A stretch of 60,060 bases of DNA, filler included, from Candidatus Zhuqueibacterota bacterium (lineage in GTDB: Bacteria; BS750m-G25): assembly GCA_016783505.1 (NCBI GenBank). It is 3 parts of 3 records of this genome, joined end to end, with 100 filler letters (N's around TTAATTAATTAA, not from the genome) between each part and the next. Parts side by side here need not be neighbours in the genome. Positions count along the whole stretch, not along the records: positions 1 to 20,586 come from JADHWK010000038.1; 2 more parts are not named here. The stretch is one strand, 5' to 3'. The notes beneath the pieces are model-generated. The model saw only the letters and a program-made list of their open reading frames with translations, ran no database searches and was not told where the DNA came from. Shown one piece after another: positions 1 through 10,639 of this stretch (position 1 is its first letter; each line of letters begins with the position of its first letter). The translations under genes and the position numbers were made by a program.

Positions 1-102
1 GCCAGCCTCAAATAGGTTGGTTTTTTTTATTTTATGGTTGCTAATAATAAAAAAAATTTGTATATTTTCATCAATAGAATTGAGGAAAACGGAGTTCATA
101 AA

Positions 103-1608
103 TTGGCCAATTTGGCTAAAATATTAGTGGATAGTGCCAGAAAGAAGCCCGATAAGGTTGCCATTTTATTCGGGCAAAGGGAGATAACCTACCACTTTCT
201 GAACTATTCGGTTGATAGATTAGCCCAGGGCCTGAAAGGGGTGGGCATAGGCCAGGGGGACCGGGTAATCTTGATGCTTCCCAATATTCCCCAATTTCCC
301 ATCTCCTACTATGCCCTGCTTAAAATAGGGGCCCAGGTGATCCCGGTTAACATTATGTTCAGGAAGATGGAAATCCGGCATTTGGCCGGGGATTCTGGGG
401 CCAAAGTGGTCATCGGATGGGAGGGGGTTCAGAGGAACATTTTGGGGGGAATAAGGGGGGTCAGTTCAATAAAAACCCTCATCTTCCTGGGGGAAAAGAT
501 CCCCAAGGGCGCCTACAGTCTTACGGAGCTAATAAGGGGAAATGATCCCTTGCCTAAGATGGAGAAGACAGCCGCTGACGATACTGCGGTGATCCAGTAT
601 ACGGCGGGGATAACGGGTCCTCCCAAAGGGGCTGAACTGACCCATCAAAATATGATTTCCAATGCCGTTAGCTGTAAGAGCGTCCTGGGGGTAGGGGCGA
701 GAGACCGGCTGCTGGCAGCCCTGCCCCTCTTTCATCCCTTTGGACAGACGACCATGATGAACCTCGCTTTTGTGGCCGGGGCAACGATGGTTCTCCATCA
801 CCGTTTTGTGCCCAGCGAGATATTAACATCCCTCGAGGAAAACGGGATTACCCTCTTCGCCGGGGTTCCTTCCATGTTTCAGGCGTTGATAAATTATCCT
901 AACCCAGAAAAAGTTCGCTTCAAGTCTTTGAGATATTGTGTATCTGGGGGAGCACCCCTATCGGCCAGCACCCTGACTGCTTTTGAAGAAAAATTTGACA
1001 CCACCATCCTCGAGGGATACGGGCTTTCGGAGACCTCCCCGGTTGTCTGCCTTAATCAGCCCCATAGGCCTCGCAAACCGGGCTCGGTTGGTTTTCCCAT
1101 CCCAGGTGAAGAGATGAAAATCGTGGACCAGAGTGGACAGAAACTTCCCCCGGGGGAAGTGGGGGAGATCATCGTTCAAGGAGAGAATGTGATGAAGGGC
1201 TATCTTGGCCGCCAGGAGGCCACCGAAGAGGTTCTCCGGGGGGGATGGTTCCACACCGGTGATCTCGGTCGAAAAGATGAGGAAGGCTACTTCTATGTAG
1301 TGGGCCGTAAGCATGAGCTGATTATTAAGAGTGGGTTCAACGTTTATCCTCGGGAGATCGAGGATCTCCTACTCCTCCATCCCAGGGTGGCAGAGGCGGC
1401 GGTGATCGGAATCCCTGATCCCGAAAAAGGGGAGGATATAAAAGCTTTTATCGTTTCAAAAAAGGGAGAAAGCATTACCCCAGAGGAAATCATTGACTAC
1501 TGCCGGGAGAAGATGGACCCCTATAAGTGTCCACGTGAGGTGGAATTTGTGCCCACGCTGCCCAGAAATTCGTCCGGCCGGCTGTTAAAGAGCAAGCTTA
1601 AGGGCTGA
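103..1608 (+). CDS. Long-chain fatty-acid--CoA ligase (ANL adenylating enzyme), with some non-canonical motifs
   Basis: YTAGITGPPKG, EGYGLSET, GWFHTGD and SGFNVYPREIE motifs; likely TTG start at 103 after GGAG at 91. Confidence 0.9.
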   Translation: MANLAKILVDSARKKPDKVAILFGQREITYHFLNYSVDRLAQGLKGVGIGQGDRVILMLPNIPQFPISYYALLKIGAQVIPVNIMFRKMEIRHLAGDSGAKVVIGWEGVQRNILGGIRGVSSIKTLIFLGEKIPKGAYSLTELIRGNDPLPKMEKTAADDTAVIQYTAGITGPPKGAELTHQNMISNAVSCKSVLGVGARDRLLAALPLFHPFGQTTMMNLAFVAGATMVLHHRFVPSEILTSLEENGITLFAGVPSMFQALINYPNPEKVRFKSLRYCVSGGAPLSASTLTAFEEKFDTTILEGYGLSETSPVVCLNQPHRPRKPGSVGFPIPGEEMKIVDQSGQKLPPGEVGEIIVQGENVMKGYLGRQEATEEVLRGGWFHTGDLGRKDEEGYFYVVGRKHELIIKSGFNVYPREIEDLLLLHPRVAEAAVIGIPDPEKGEDIKAFIVSKKGESITPEEIIDYCREKMDPYKCPREVEFVPTLPRNSSGRLLKSKLKG

Positions 1609-1675
1609 ATTATAATGTCGTTCCAACTAAATAATACTAAAGATCAGCAACGAAAATAAATTATGAGGCATTAAA

Positions 1676-1882
1676 ATGGAAGCATATGAATTTTTATTGA
1701 AACATTCAAAGGAACTCTCGGAGAAATATCCTGTGAAATATTTGGCAATAATTGGTAATGAGGTAGCAGCTATAAGCAATTCTACTCATGAAGCGTATAA
1801 AAAGGTGAAAGCAAAGTATCCTGACAAAAAGGTTCATATAAGTTATATGCCCACTCCAGAAGAGGTGAACATCCTAATATGA
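1676..1882 (+). CDS. Small DUF5678-like protein, usually paired with a retropepsin-like protease
   Basis: 68 aa, ELSEKYPVKYLAI...EAYKK pattern, GAGG RBS, AT-rich; overlaps the next ORF (ATGA). Confidence 0.65.
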   Translation: MEAYEFLLKHSKELSEKYPVKYLAIIGNEVAAISNSTHEAYKKVKAKYPDKKVHISYMPTPEEVNILI

Positions 1883-2067
1883 ACTTCAAATACCAGAAAT
1901 TAGCAGGGAGATTAATGCCTATAGTTCCGATTGAACTTATCGGCAGAATGGATATATTTGATAGATTTAGGATATGCTTTGACGAATCTGAAAAGCTGTG
2001 GAATTTTATATTAAAAATTAATGTGAGTCTAAATAATAACAATATGTTATATGGAGGTTACGGGTGA
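1879..2067 (+). pseudogene. Internally deleted retropepsin-like aspartyl protease
   Basis: N-terminal FKYQ..MPIVPIEL is fused directly to C-terminal IGRMDIFDRFRICFDE; the catalytic D(S/T)GA core is absent. Confidence 0.6.
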
Positions 2068-4151
2068 AAGAATACAGTGCTGATCTCATACGGAACATCG
2101 GTTTTATTGCCCATGCCGAGGTGGGAAAGACCTCGCTGGCTGAGGCCATATTATTTGCGGCTGGGGAGACGACCCGGCTGGGGTCTGTGGAGGAGGGTAA
2201 CACAATTTCCGATTGTGGTCCTGATGAAATAAAGCGGAAAATTTCTATCAGCACATCACTTCTGCACTGCGAATGGAAGAAACATAAGATCAACCTTCTG
2301 GATACACCGGGATACAGCGATTTCATCGGAGAGGTGAAAGGGGCGCTGAGGGTGGTGGACACCGGGCTGGTTCTCTTAAGCGGTCTTACAGGTGTGGAGG
2401 TGATGACAGAACAGGTCTGGGGATTTGCAAAAGAATACGGAATCAGCCGCTTCATCTTTATCAATAAGTTGGATAAAGAACACGCTGCCTTTGATCAAGC
2501 GTTGGCCACAGCTAAGGAAGCCTTTGGCGGAGGGGTGCTTCCGCTACAGTTTCCCGTAAACGAAGGTGTAGGGTTTGATACGGTGGTTGACCTTCTGCTA
2601 ATGAAATGTCTGAAGTTTAAAAAGGACAGGAGCGGCACCGCTCAGATCAGCGACATACCCGCTGACTTGAAATCAAAAGCTGATGGGCTTCGGGAGAAGC
2701 TGATCGAGGCGGCAGCTGAAAGCGATGACGAACTTTTAGAGATCTACTTCGATAAAGGAACCCTCACCGAAGAAGAATTTAATCGGGGGCTCAAGCACGG
2801 GATTGCCCAGGGGTCGGTTTTTCCCGTTCTGTGTGGGTCGGCGGGGGAAAATATGGGGGTCCACCAACTGTTAGGTGCCCTTGTTGATCTGGCCCCCTCG
2901 CCGTTGGACAGACCGGGACCCGTTGCCAAAAATGTGGATACGGGGGAAGAGGTCCCGCTAAAATGTGATCCTACCGCTTCCCCAAACCTGTTTATCTTTA
3001 AGACCATCTCTGAAGCCCATGTGGGGGAACTTTCCCTGTTTCGGGTCTACTCGGGGGTCCTGAAATCGGGGGCCGACCTTTTTAATCCCAATCGGGATCA
3101 TGGGGAAAAGATCGGCCAGATCTATCTGTTAAATGGGAAGACCCGTAAGGAGGTGGGCAATGTTCCCTGTGGGGACCTGGGGGCGGTGGTTAAGCTTAAG
3201 GATTCCCATACCGGGGATACCCTGTGCGACCGCAAAAGCTCGGTCGTGCTGCCTGAGATTGCCTTCCCTGTCCCTGTAATCCGCACCGCCGTGATACCAA
3301 AGTCCAAGGGGGACGAGGAGCGTATCTCCAGTGGGCTGGCCAGCCTCCACGAGGAGGATCCCACCTTTCTGGTCCACTACGATCCGGAATTGAAGCAGAC
3401 CATTATTTCCGGTCAGGGAGAGCTACATCTGGCCATTATTATCAACCGGCTAAAGGAAAAATTTGGGGTTGATGTGACCGTCGAGGAACCCCGCATCCCC
3501 TACCGGGAGACCATCCAGGCGGCCTCGGAAAAGCAATATCGCCACAAGAAGCAGACCGGGGGTCGGGGACAGTTCGGGGAGGTCTTCATCCGGATTGAGC
3601 ATAGCGACAGGGGGGAGGGGTTCGAATTCGTGAACAAGATCACCGGGGGGGTTATCCCCACCAAGTTCATCCCATCGGTGGAAAAGGGAATCGTGGAAGC
3701 TATGGAATCTGGGGTGCTAGGCGGGTATCCAGTCGTTGACCTACAGGTAACCCTGTTTGACGGTAAATACCATCCGGTGGATTCATCAGACATTGCCTTT
3801 AAGTTGGCCGGGCTATTCGCCTTTAAGGGGGCCATGAAGGAGGCAAAACCGGTGCTTCTGGAACCCATCTATGATGTTGAAGTTACGGTTCCTGAGGAAT
3901 ATATGGGAGACGTTATGGGGGACATCTCCAGCCGGAGGGGGAAGATTTTGGGCATGGATTCGGAGGGAAAATTTCAGCTCATCCGGGCTCAAGTTCCCCT
4001 GGCTGAGCTCTATAAGTATTCTACTTCCTTGCGGTCAATGACGGCCGGCCGCGGGATCCATCGGCGTAAATTCTCACACTACGAAATCGTCCCCCACGAA
4101 ATCGCCGATCGCATCATTGCCGAGGCCGAAAAGATGAAGAAAGAATCCTGA
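2064..4151 (+). CDS. fusA: Elongation factor G (stand-alone, EF-G2-like paralogue)
   Basis: AHAEVGKT, DTPGY, NKLD, GQGELHL, KQTGGRGQFG and LRSMTAGRG motifs; GTG start; not in the str operon. Confidence 0.95.
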   Translation: MKEYSADLIRNIGFIAHAEVGKTSLAEAILFAAGETTRLGSVEEGNTISDCGPDEIKRKISISTSLLHCEWKKHKINLLDTPGYSDFIGEVKGALRVVDTGLVLLSGLTGVEVMTEQVWGFAKEYGISRFIFINKLDKEHAAFDQALATAKEAFGGGVLPLQFPVNEGVGFDTVVDLLLMKCLKFKKDRSGTAQISDIPADLKSKADGLREKLIEAAAESDDELLEIYFDKGTLTEEEFNRGLKHGIAQGSVFPVLCGSAGENMGVHQLLGALVDLAPSPLDRPGPVAKNVDTGEEVPLKCDPTASPNLFIFKTISEAHVGELSLFRVYSGVLKSGADLFNPNRDHGEKIGQIYLLNGKTRKEVGNVPCGDLGAVVKLKDSHTGDTLCDRKSSVVLPEIAFPVPVIRTAVIPKSKGDEERISSGLASLHEEDPTFLVHYDPELKQTIISGQGELHLAIIINRLKEKFGVDVTVEEPRIPYRETIQAASEKQYRHKKQTGGRGQFGEVFIRIEHSDRGEGFEFVNKITGGVIPTKFIPSVEKGIVEAMESGVLGGYPVVDLQVTLFDGKYHPVDSSDIAFKLAGLFAFKGAMKEAKPVLLEPIYDVEVTVPEEYMGDVMGDISSRRGKILGMDSEGKFQLIRAQVPLAELYKYSTSLRSMTAGRGIHRRKFSHYEIVPHEIADRIIAEAEKMKKES

Positions 4152-4399
4152 GCCCAATTTAGCGACCGGGAAGACAAAATTTACGTTTTACTCTGATAAT
4201 GGCTTAACAGGATGGATACAGACCACCGAGGGAAGAACGGTGGTTTTTATCTCATTTACTAAACTTTGGCAAATTTTAAATCTCGAAGGTTCGGGATAGG
4301 ATTTGTTTGTCCCGAACCTTCGGGATGGGATTTGGAGCTTGTGATTTATAAATTTTGATCATTTTGCTAAAGTTTTGTCATTTAATTAAGGAGTTTGGG

Positions 4400-4912
4400 A
4401 TGGAACACCTATGGGCCCCATGGCGTATGGAATATATTCGGCAGTTTGAAACCGGGGCTGGAAACGGATGCCTCTTTTGTCGTAAGTCACGATCCAAGAA
4501 TGACCGGAAGAACCTGGTGCTCTATCGGGGGGGGGGAAGTTTCTGTATGATGAATCTGTTCCCCTACAACAACGGTCACATTATGGTGGCTCCATACCGA
4601 CATACGGCCAGACTGGACGAACTGGATGACGGGGAGTATGACGACCTGAGCCAGTTGGTCAGACTCGCTGTCAGGGTCATCGAGGGGGTGTTTTCCCCCC
4701 ATGGGTTCAACATCGGCCTCAACCTTGGTCGGGCGGCTGGGGCGGGAATTGAGCACCATCTACATTACCATATTGTCCCCCGATGGCAGGGGGATACCAA
4801 TTTTATGCCGGTGACGGGGAACACGAAGGTGGTCTCAGAAGGGCTACAGGAGACGTGGGCGAGACTGAAACGGGGATTTGAAGATATTAACAATCAAGAC
4901 TATGGGAGTTGA
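4400..4912 (+). CDS. HIT-family (Ap4A hydrolase/phosphorylase-like) protein
   Basis: LWAPWRMEYI, CLFC, NLFPYNNGH and HLHYH histidine triad; AGGAG RBS. Confidence 0.92.
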   Translation: MEHLWAPWRMEYIRQFETGAGNGCLFCRKSRSKNDRKNLVLYRGGGSFCMMNLFPYNNGHIMVAPYRHTARLDELDDGEYDDLSQLVRLAVRVIEGVFSPHGFNIGLNLGRAAGAGIEHHLHYHIVPRWQGDTNFMPVTGNTKVVSEGLQETWARLKRGFEDINNQDYGS

Positions 4913-5235
4913 TATTGTCAAAGCATAAAGAATTTATTAAAATAGTTCGAGATGTTGCTAAGGAGAAGATTTTGTACCTTCCCCATGCCATTACACAGAT
5001 GAATAAACCGGATAGGATGATTTCTACCGAAGAAATTAGATTTGCTATTTTCAATGGCGAGATTATTGAAGACTATCCAGAAAATGCTCGAGGTCATAGT
5101 TGTTTAATTTTGGGATGGAAGGATAGACCTGTTCATGTCATATGTGCTCCAAAAGATAATTATTTAACCATAATAACTGCTTATTTGCCCAGTTTAAAAA
5201 AGTGGAAGGCCGATTACAAAATAAGAAAGGGGTGA
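4909..5235 (+). CDS. DUF4258 protein (putative toxin)
   Basis: HAITQM, GEIIEDYP..RGHSCLILG, PVHVICA and IITAYLP motifs. Confidence 0.8.
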   Translation: MILSKHKEFIKIVRDVAKEKILYLPHAITQMNKPDRMISTEEIRFAIFNGEIIEDYPENARGHSCLILGWKDRPVHVICAPKDNYLTIITAYLPSLKKWKADYKIRKG

Positions 5236-5239
5236 GAAA

Positions 5240-5464
5240 ATGCGATGCTATGTTTGTAATGGTGAAATGAAGAAAGGAAAGGGAAGCTATAATATTCATA
5301 GAAAAGGGTATCACTTCATTCTGGATGAAATTCCAGCATGGGTTTGTGAAAATTGTGGTGAAACCTATTTTGAAGAGGACGAAGTTGAAGAAATTCAAAG
5401 CCTGATTGATGAACTGGATTCAAGGATAAAGAAAATTAACAAATATGATCTGGAATACGTATAG
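5240..5464 (+). CDS. YgiT/MqsA-type zinc-finger protein (putative antitoxin)
   Basis: CYVC and IPAWVCENCGE; directly follows the DUF4258 gene. Confidence 0.85.
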   Translation: MRCYVCNGEMKKGKGSYNIHRKGYHFILDEIPAWVCENCGETYFEEDEVEEIQSLIDELDSRIKKINKYDLEYV

Positions 5465-5487
5465 TGTCGAGTTTTCAATAGGAATCA

Positions 5488-6882
5488 ATGGGCGATTACT
5501 ATTATTTGGATAAATTTTCCGATCAGATTCGGCTTTGTACCCGCTGCGGCCTCTGCAGGGCGGTCTGCCCGGTGTTTGCCGTAGAAGGAACGGAATCTCA
5601 AGTTAGCCGAGGGAAGATTGCCCTGATGGAAGGGGTCGTCAACGGGGATCTAACCCTCAGCGAGGCGTTTGTACAGAACATGGGGGTGTGTGTAAATTGC
5701 AAGGCCTGCATACAAAACTGCCCCAGCGGGGTGGCCTTCGATGATCTCATCCTGTCGACCCGGGCGGAGCTCGCTGGCGCCGGTCACCTTCCTTTTCTGA
5801 AGCGCTTTATCTTTCGTCAATTATTAAAACGGGGCCGGCTGGTGCCACCGGTAGCCAGATGGGTCTCTTTTTTTCAGCGGGTTATTCTTCGGGGACTTAA
5901 GGAAAACTCTCCCTACCGCCTGCTTTTACCGCTGGCAAATGTGGACAGCGATCGCATCCTGCCGGTGTTTGCCAAGACTTCCTATCTTGCTGAAGCCCCC
6001 GAAGTGGCGGAAGTTCCGGGTCACCGGATGCGGGTCGGCTATTTTGTGGGCTGTTCGGGAAATCTAATCTATCCCCAGATCCCCCGCAGCGTGGTCAATT
6101 TATTAACATTGAACGGGGTAGAAGTGATCATTCCCCCGGAGCAGGTCTGCTGCGGAACTCCTGTATTTAACGCCGGGGATTTCGAAACAGCAAAAGATCT
6201 GGCCCGACAGAATCTGGATGTTTTCAATCACCTGGAGGTTGAAGCTATTATTACCGCCTGCGGTTCCTGCGGTCTGGCCTTAAGGAGGGAATATCCGGTT
6301 CTTCTGGGAGTAGGGGAATTTGATATGCCGGTGTATGATGTCAGCGAATTTCTCATCCACGTCCTGAGTTTTGATAAGACGCTGGCTCGGGGGGATGAAA
6401 TTAGGGATTATGATAGGGAGATGAAAGTAACTTACCACGACCCCTGTCATCTCAACCGGGGAATGGGTGTGAACCGCACCCCGAGACTGCTCTTGAAGGC
6501 TTTATTTGGGGAGAACTTTGTGGAGATGGAGGGGGCAGAGGAGTGTTGCAGTGGGGGGGGGACGTTTAGCTTAAGCCATTACCGCATCGCCAAGGGGATC
6601 GGGGAGAAAAAACTACAAAACATCCAGCGAAGCGGATGCGACATTTTGGCCACCGGATGCCCGAACTGCATTATGCGGCTGCGGGAAATAGTGGAACAGG
6701 CCGATTTAGCCGTTCAGGTTGTTCATTTTATAGAACTACTTAGTGAGGTTGACCTTCACAGAGAAGAGAAAGAAAAGACGAATTTCGTCGAAAAAAAAAT
6801 AGGAGGATCAAATGGCCGGGATGAAAAAAATTTCTCCCCCCCTGTCCGACACCGACGTGGAGGGGCTGAAGGCCGGGGATGA
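5488..6882 (+). CDS. GlcF-like Fe-S oxidoreductase (2x4Fe-4S plus CCG domains)
   Basis: CxxCxxCxxxCP twice; CCG; YHDPCH; CCSGGG. Confidence 0.9.
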   Translation: MGDYYYLDKFSDQIRLCTRCGLCRAVCPVFAVEGTESQVSRGKIALMEGVVNGDLTLSEAFVQNMGVCVNCKACIQNCPSGVAFDDLILSTRAELAGAGHLPFLKRFIFRQLLKRGRLVPPVARWVSFFQRVILRGLKENSPYRLLLPLANVDSDRILPVFAKTSYLAEAPEVAEVPGHRMRVGYFVGCSGNLIYPQIPRSVVNLLTLNGVEVIIPPEQVCCGTPVFNAGDFETAKDLARQNLDVFNHLEVEAIITACGSCGLALRREYPVLLGVGEFDMPVYDVSEFLIHVLSFDKTLARGDEIRDYDREMKVTYHDPCHLNRGMGVNRTPRLLLKALFGENFVEMEGAEECCSGGGTFSLSHYRIAKGIGEKKLQNIQRSGCDILATGCPNCIMRLREIVEQADLAVQVVHFIELLSEVDLHREEKEKTNFVEKKIGGSNGRDEKNFSPPVRHRRGGAEGRG

Positions 6883-7369
6883 AGTTCTGATCACCGGGGT
6901 TCTATATACGGCCCGGGATGCGGCTCACAAGCGGTTGGTAGCCCTGCTTGATGAAGGCAAGGAACTTCCCGTTGACTTGAAGGGTCAGATTATTTATTTT
7001 GTGGGTCCCACACCGGCCAAGCCGGGTCAAGCAATCGGATCGGCGGGGCCCACCACCTCTTATCGAATGGACCCCTATTCCCCCAAGCTAATCGCCCACG
7101 GGCTGAAAGGAATGATCGGAAAAGGGGAACGGGGGGAGGTAGTGGTGGAGGCTATGAAAAAGCATAAGGCGGTTTATTTTGCCGCGGTGGGGGGAGCCGG
7201 TGCTCTGATTTCTAAAGCCATCAGGGCATCTGAGATTGTGGCCTATGAGGAGCTGGGGGCGGAGGCCATCCGACGTCTGCAGGTAGAGGATTTTCCGGCC
7301 ATTGTGGCCCAGGATTGTTACGGGAAAAACCTTTTTCAGCTCGGAAGGGAAAAGTACCAAAGGCTGTAA
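6812..7369 (+). CDS. Fe-S fumarate hydratase/tartrate dehydratase beta subunit
   Basis: TARDAAHKR, GPTTSYRMDPY, GMIGKG and ELGAEAI motifs; AGGAGG RBS. Confidence 0.92.
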   Translation: MAGMKKISPPLSDTDVEGLKAGDEVLITGVLYTARDAAHKRLVALLDEGKELPVDLKGQIIYFVGPTPAKPGQAIGSAGPTTSYRMDPYSPKLIAHGLKGMIGKGERGEVVVEAMKKHKAVYFAAVGGAGALISKAIRASEIVAYEELGAEAIRRLQVEDFPAIVAQDCYGKNLFQLGREKYQRL

Positions 7370-7487
7370 ACAGAAGGGATGGATGGAAGGATGGAATAGT
7401 GGAAGGGCCTTTATTATGAACATGATTCCATTATTGCAAAAAGCAAAGGTCGAGACTTCATCAGAATTTTCATTTAATCTTTATAAA

Positions 7488-7612
7488 TATTGTCTGTCCG
7501 GAAACACCCATAATTTTTGTCATACCGGTAATCTTTAAGCCGGAATCTTCTAAATTTCGGTAATAGATTCCCGTTAAAAACATGCGGGAATGACCAACTC
7601 GGACAGATACTA
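7488..7612. mobile_element. MITE-like element containing REP-type hairpins
   Basis: Imperfect terminal inverted repeats TATTGTCTGTCCG / CGGACAGATACTA; internal ATTCCCG..CGGGAATGAC hairpin. Confidence 0.5.
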
Positions 7613-7678
7613 AATAGCTTCAAAGATCGGTTCTGAGTTGCTTTTTGAGCAGCATCATAAATTAACAATGAGGAAATC

Positions 7679-8029
7679 ATGCTTTACAAATGGAAATTGG
7701 GCATGATCACCTGGGTGGTCCATCGGGTCAGCGGGGTGCTGACGGCCCTTGCTCTGATCCTATACATCTGGGTGCTCAGTCATTTCTATTCACCAGCCGG
7801 TCCTGATCGGGCAATGGAGGTATTAAAGTCTCCACTCTTCAAGTGGCTATCCATAGGTCTTTTAGGGGTAATCATCTACCACGCCATGAATGGGGTACGC
7901 ATTCTCCTGGTGGACTTTGGCTTGGAGGCCCGCTACCACAAGGTGCTTTTTTGGGTGCTGATGGGAGCCGGGATCCTGATCTTTCTATTCGGGGCTTATC
8001 CCTTTTGGCTGCATGCCTTAAAGGCCTGA
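7679..8029 (+). CDS. sdhC: Succinate dehydrogenase cytochrome b subunit
   Basis: HRVSG and YHAMNGVRILLVD; three hydrophobic helices; operon context. Confidence 0.9.
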   Translation: MLYKWKLGMITWVVHRVSGVLTALALILYIWVLSHFYSPAGPDRAMEVLKSPLFKWLSIGLLGVIIYHAMNGVRILLVDFGLEARYHKVLFWVLMGAGILIFLFGAYPFWLHALKA

Positions 8030-8126
8030 CATTTTTCTTAAACATTAGGTAAAAGGGAAGTCGGAAAGCTATGGAGTTCGGAGTACGGAGTGAAATTGAT
8101 GGGAAGATACTTGAGGAGGAAAAGGG

Positions 8127-8477
8127 ATGAGGGTATATGGAACCAGTAGTTACGGTGCGGTGGCCTGGTTTTTCCAGCGCATTTCGGGGATCGTCCTGTT
8201 GGTCATGCTGTTGATTACCCTTTGGGGCCTTGGCTATTCCGGGGAAGAAGGGATTACCTTAAAGGTCATCGCGGATAGGATAAAGCACCCTTGGTGGAGG
8301 TTTTTTAATTTGGTTTTTTGGTTTTTTGCCCTTACCCACGGCATAAACGGGTTGGTCATCCTGCTCCAGGATTACGTGCGAAGGGATTGGGCCCGGCTGA
8401 CCCTCTACGGATTTCTAATGGTGCTGGGATCATTGGGTTTGGTGTTGGGAGCGATAACAATATTGCCTTTTAAATAG
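8127..8477 (+). CDS. sdhD: Succinate dehydrogenase membrane anchor
   Basis: WFFQRISG and HGINGL..LQDY; operon context. Confidence 0.88.
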   Translation: MRVYGTSSYGAVAWFFQRISGIVLLVMLLITLWGLGYSGEEGITLKVIADRIKHPWWRFFNLVFWFFALTHGINGLVILLQDYVRRDWARLTLYGFLMVLGSLGLVLGAITILPFK

Positions 8478-8488
8478 GAGTTTGGAAG

Positions 8489-10216
8489 ATGGTGCACAGG
8501 CATGATGTGGTGATCGTGGGCGCGGGGCTGGCGGGACTGCGGGCCGCTCTTGAGACCAGCCCTTATGTAGATACAGCGGTTATATCAAAGGTTTTCCCCA
8601 CCCGATCTCAATCCGGGGCCGCTCAGGGGGGAATCGCTGCCTCTATCGGGAATGTAGACCCGGAGGACAACTGGGAATTTCACATGTTTGATACGGTGAA
8701 GGGGGGCGATTTCTTAGGGGATCAGGATGCTATTGAGGTGATGGTGCGGGAGGCCCCCCAGGTGGTCTATGAATTGGAGCACATGGGGGTTCCCTTCAGC
8801 CGGACCCCAGGGGGACGGATTGCCCAGCGGCCCTTCGGTGGACATACGCTGAACTTTGGGGGGAGGAAGGCGAACCGGGCCTGTTATTCTGCCGACCGCA
8901 TCGGGCATGTGTTACTGCACACCTTGTATGAACAGGCGTTAAAAAACGGGGTTCGGTTTTACAATGAGTTTCAGGTCCTTTCGTTGATCATGAAAGAAGA
9001 GGGCTGCTGTGGAGTGGTAGCATATGACATTTCCGGGGGGGAATTTATGATTTTCCACGCTAGGGCGGTGCTGTTCGCCACCGGCGGCGGCGGGCGAGCC
9101 TATAAAATTACATCCAACGCTTTTGCCAGTACCGGGGATGGACTGGCCATCGTCTACCGGGCCGGGCTGCCCATTCAGGATCTGGAATTTGTCCAGTTTC
9201 ACCCCACTGGACTTTATCCGCAGGGTATCTTAGTGACAGAGGGGGCCCGGGGGGAGGGTGGCTATCTGCTCAACGGTAAAGGGGAACGATTCATGAAGGG
9301 ATACGCCCCCACCCTGATGGAACTCGCCCCCCAGGATGTCGTCGCCCGGGCCGAGCAGACCGAAATTGACGAAAGGCGGGGGGTCGAGGGGAAGGATTAC
9401 CTGCACTTAGACATCAGACATTTAGGGGTGGGTAAAATAAAAACTTCGCTTCCCCGAATCCAGGAATTGGCTTTAAAATATTCAAGGGTGGATGCCACCT
9501 GTGAACCCATTCCCATTCATCCCACTGCCCATTATTATATGGGTGGAATCCCCACTAACCTCGATGGTCAGGTCACCCGGGACGAAAAGAATACAGTGGT
9601 GCCGGGGCTGTTTGCCGCTGGGGAATGTGCCTGTGTCTCCGTCCACGGGGCCAACCGACTGGGGGCAAACTCCCTTTTAGAAGCGGTGCTTTTCGGCAGG
9701 CAGACGGGTAAGGCAGTAGTTGGCACCCTCGGTGATCTGAAATGGACCGACCTGCCGAAGGATTCCAAAAAAGAAGGGCGGGATGAAATAACCTGGGTTT
9801 TAGAGGGACAGGGACACGAATCCGTCCCCGACATCCGTAAGGAGCTTCAAGAATCAATGACGGCCAATTGCGGAATCTTCCGTCACGAAGATTGGTTAAA
9901 AAAGCAATTGGACATCATCCACGAGCTGACCCGACGTTATCAGAACATCCACATTGATGATAAAGGAAAACGTTTCAACACCGACCTTTTAGAGGCCATC
10001 GAACTGGGACACATGCTGGAATTTGCCAACGTCATCGTTTACGGAGCGCTGAGGCGGGAGGAGAGCCGGGGCAGCCATTTTCGAAGGGATCTCCCTCAGC
10101 GGGATGACAAAAAGTGGCTCAAACATACCCTGGCCTATAAGACCGATGGTGAACCCCAATGGAAGTACAAACCGGTTGTTATCACTAAGTATCAGCCGGA
10201 GGAAAGGAAGTATTAA
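8489..10216 (+). CDS. sdhA: Succinate dehydrogenase/fumarate reductase flavoprotein, with two key residues changed
   Basis: [27 protein letters not shown] and ESRGSH present; [10 protein letters not shown] and LAPQD replace canonical RSHS and LAPRD. Confidence 0.95.
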   Translation: MVHRHDVVIVGAGLAGLRAALETSPYVDTAVISKVFPTRSQSGAAQGGIAASIGNVDPEDNWEFHMFDTVKGGDFLGDQDAIEVMVREAPQVVYELEHMGVPFSRTPGGRIAQRPFGGHTLNFGGRKANRACYSADRIGHVLLHTLYEQALKNGVRFYNEFQVLSLIMKEEGCCGVVAYDISGGEFMIFHARAVLFATGGGGRAYKITSNAFASTGDGLAIVYRAGLPIQDLEFVQFHPTGLYPQGILVTEGARGEGGYLLNGKGERFMKGYAPTLMELAPQDVVARAEQTEIDERRGVEGKDYLHLDIRHLGVGKIKTSLPRIQELALKYSRVDATCEPIPIHPTAHYYMGGIPTNLDGQVTRDEKNTVVPGLFAAGECACVSVHGANRLGANSLLEAVLFGRQTGKAVVGTLGDLKWTDLPKDSKKEGRDEITWVLEGQGHESVPDIRKELQESMTANCGIFRHEDWLKKQLDIIHELTRRYQNIHIDDKGKRFNTDLLEAIELGHMLEFANVIVYGALRREESRGSHFRRDLPQRDDKKWLKHTLAYKTDGEPQWKYKPVVITKYQPEERKY

Positions 10217-10264
10217 CCCAGAATCGGGATTTAATTATTAGTTGATTGCTGATTGTTGATTGTT

Positions 10265-10639
10265 ATGAAAAAAGAGTTTTTAAAACTGGAGGATATAACA
10301 GCTTATCGAATTGTTTCTGAGCTTGGTGATTATGTTTGGGAGATTGTTTCGAAATGGGATTGGTTTAGCAAAAGAACCCTTGGTTCACAATTTGTTGATG
10401 CCACAGATTCTATTGCTGGAAATATCGCTGAAGGTTTTGGTAGTTATCATAAGAAGGATAAGCAAAAATTTTATTACAATGCACGGGGTTCCGTTTATGA
10501 ATCTGCCCATTGGTGCAAGAAATCTTATAAACGAAAACTTATTACTAAAGAAGAAAATGAATATATTATGGACGGGTTAAGAAAACTCCCAAAAGAAATT
10601 AATACATTTATAAAAATCACTGGAAACTTAAAGATTTAA
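10265..10639 (+). CDS. Four-helix-bundle protein (23S rRNA IVS protein family) between sdhA and sdhB
   Basis: SIAGNIAEGFG and FYYNARGSVYE motifs; AT-rich; flanked by inverted heptamer repeats. Confidence 0.9.
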   Translation: MKKEFLKLEDITAYRIVSELGDYVWEIVSKWDWFSKRTLGSQFVDATDSIAGNIAEGFGSYHKKDKQKFYYNARGSVYESAHWCKKSYKRKLITKEENEYIMDGLRKLPKEINTFIKITGNLKI

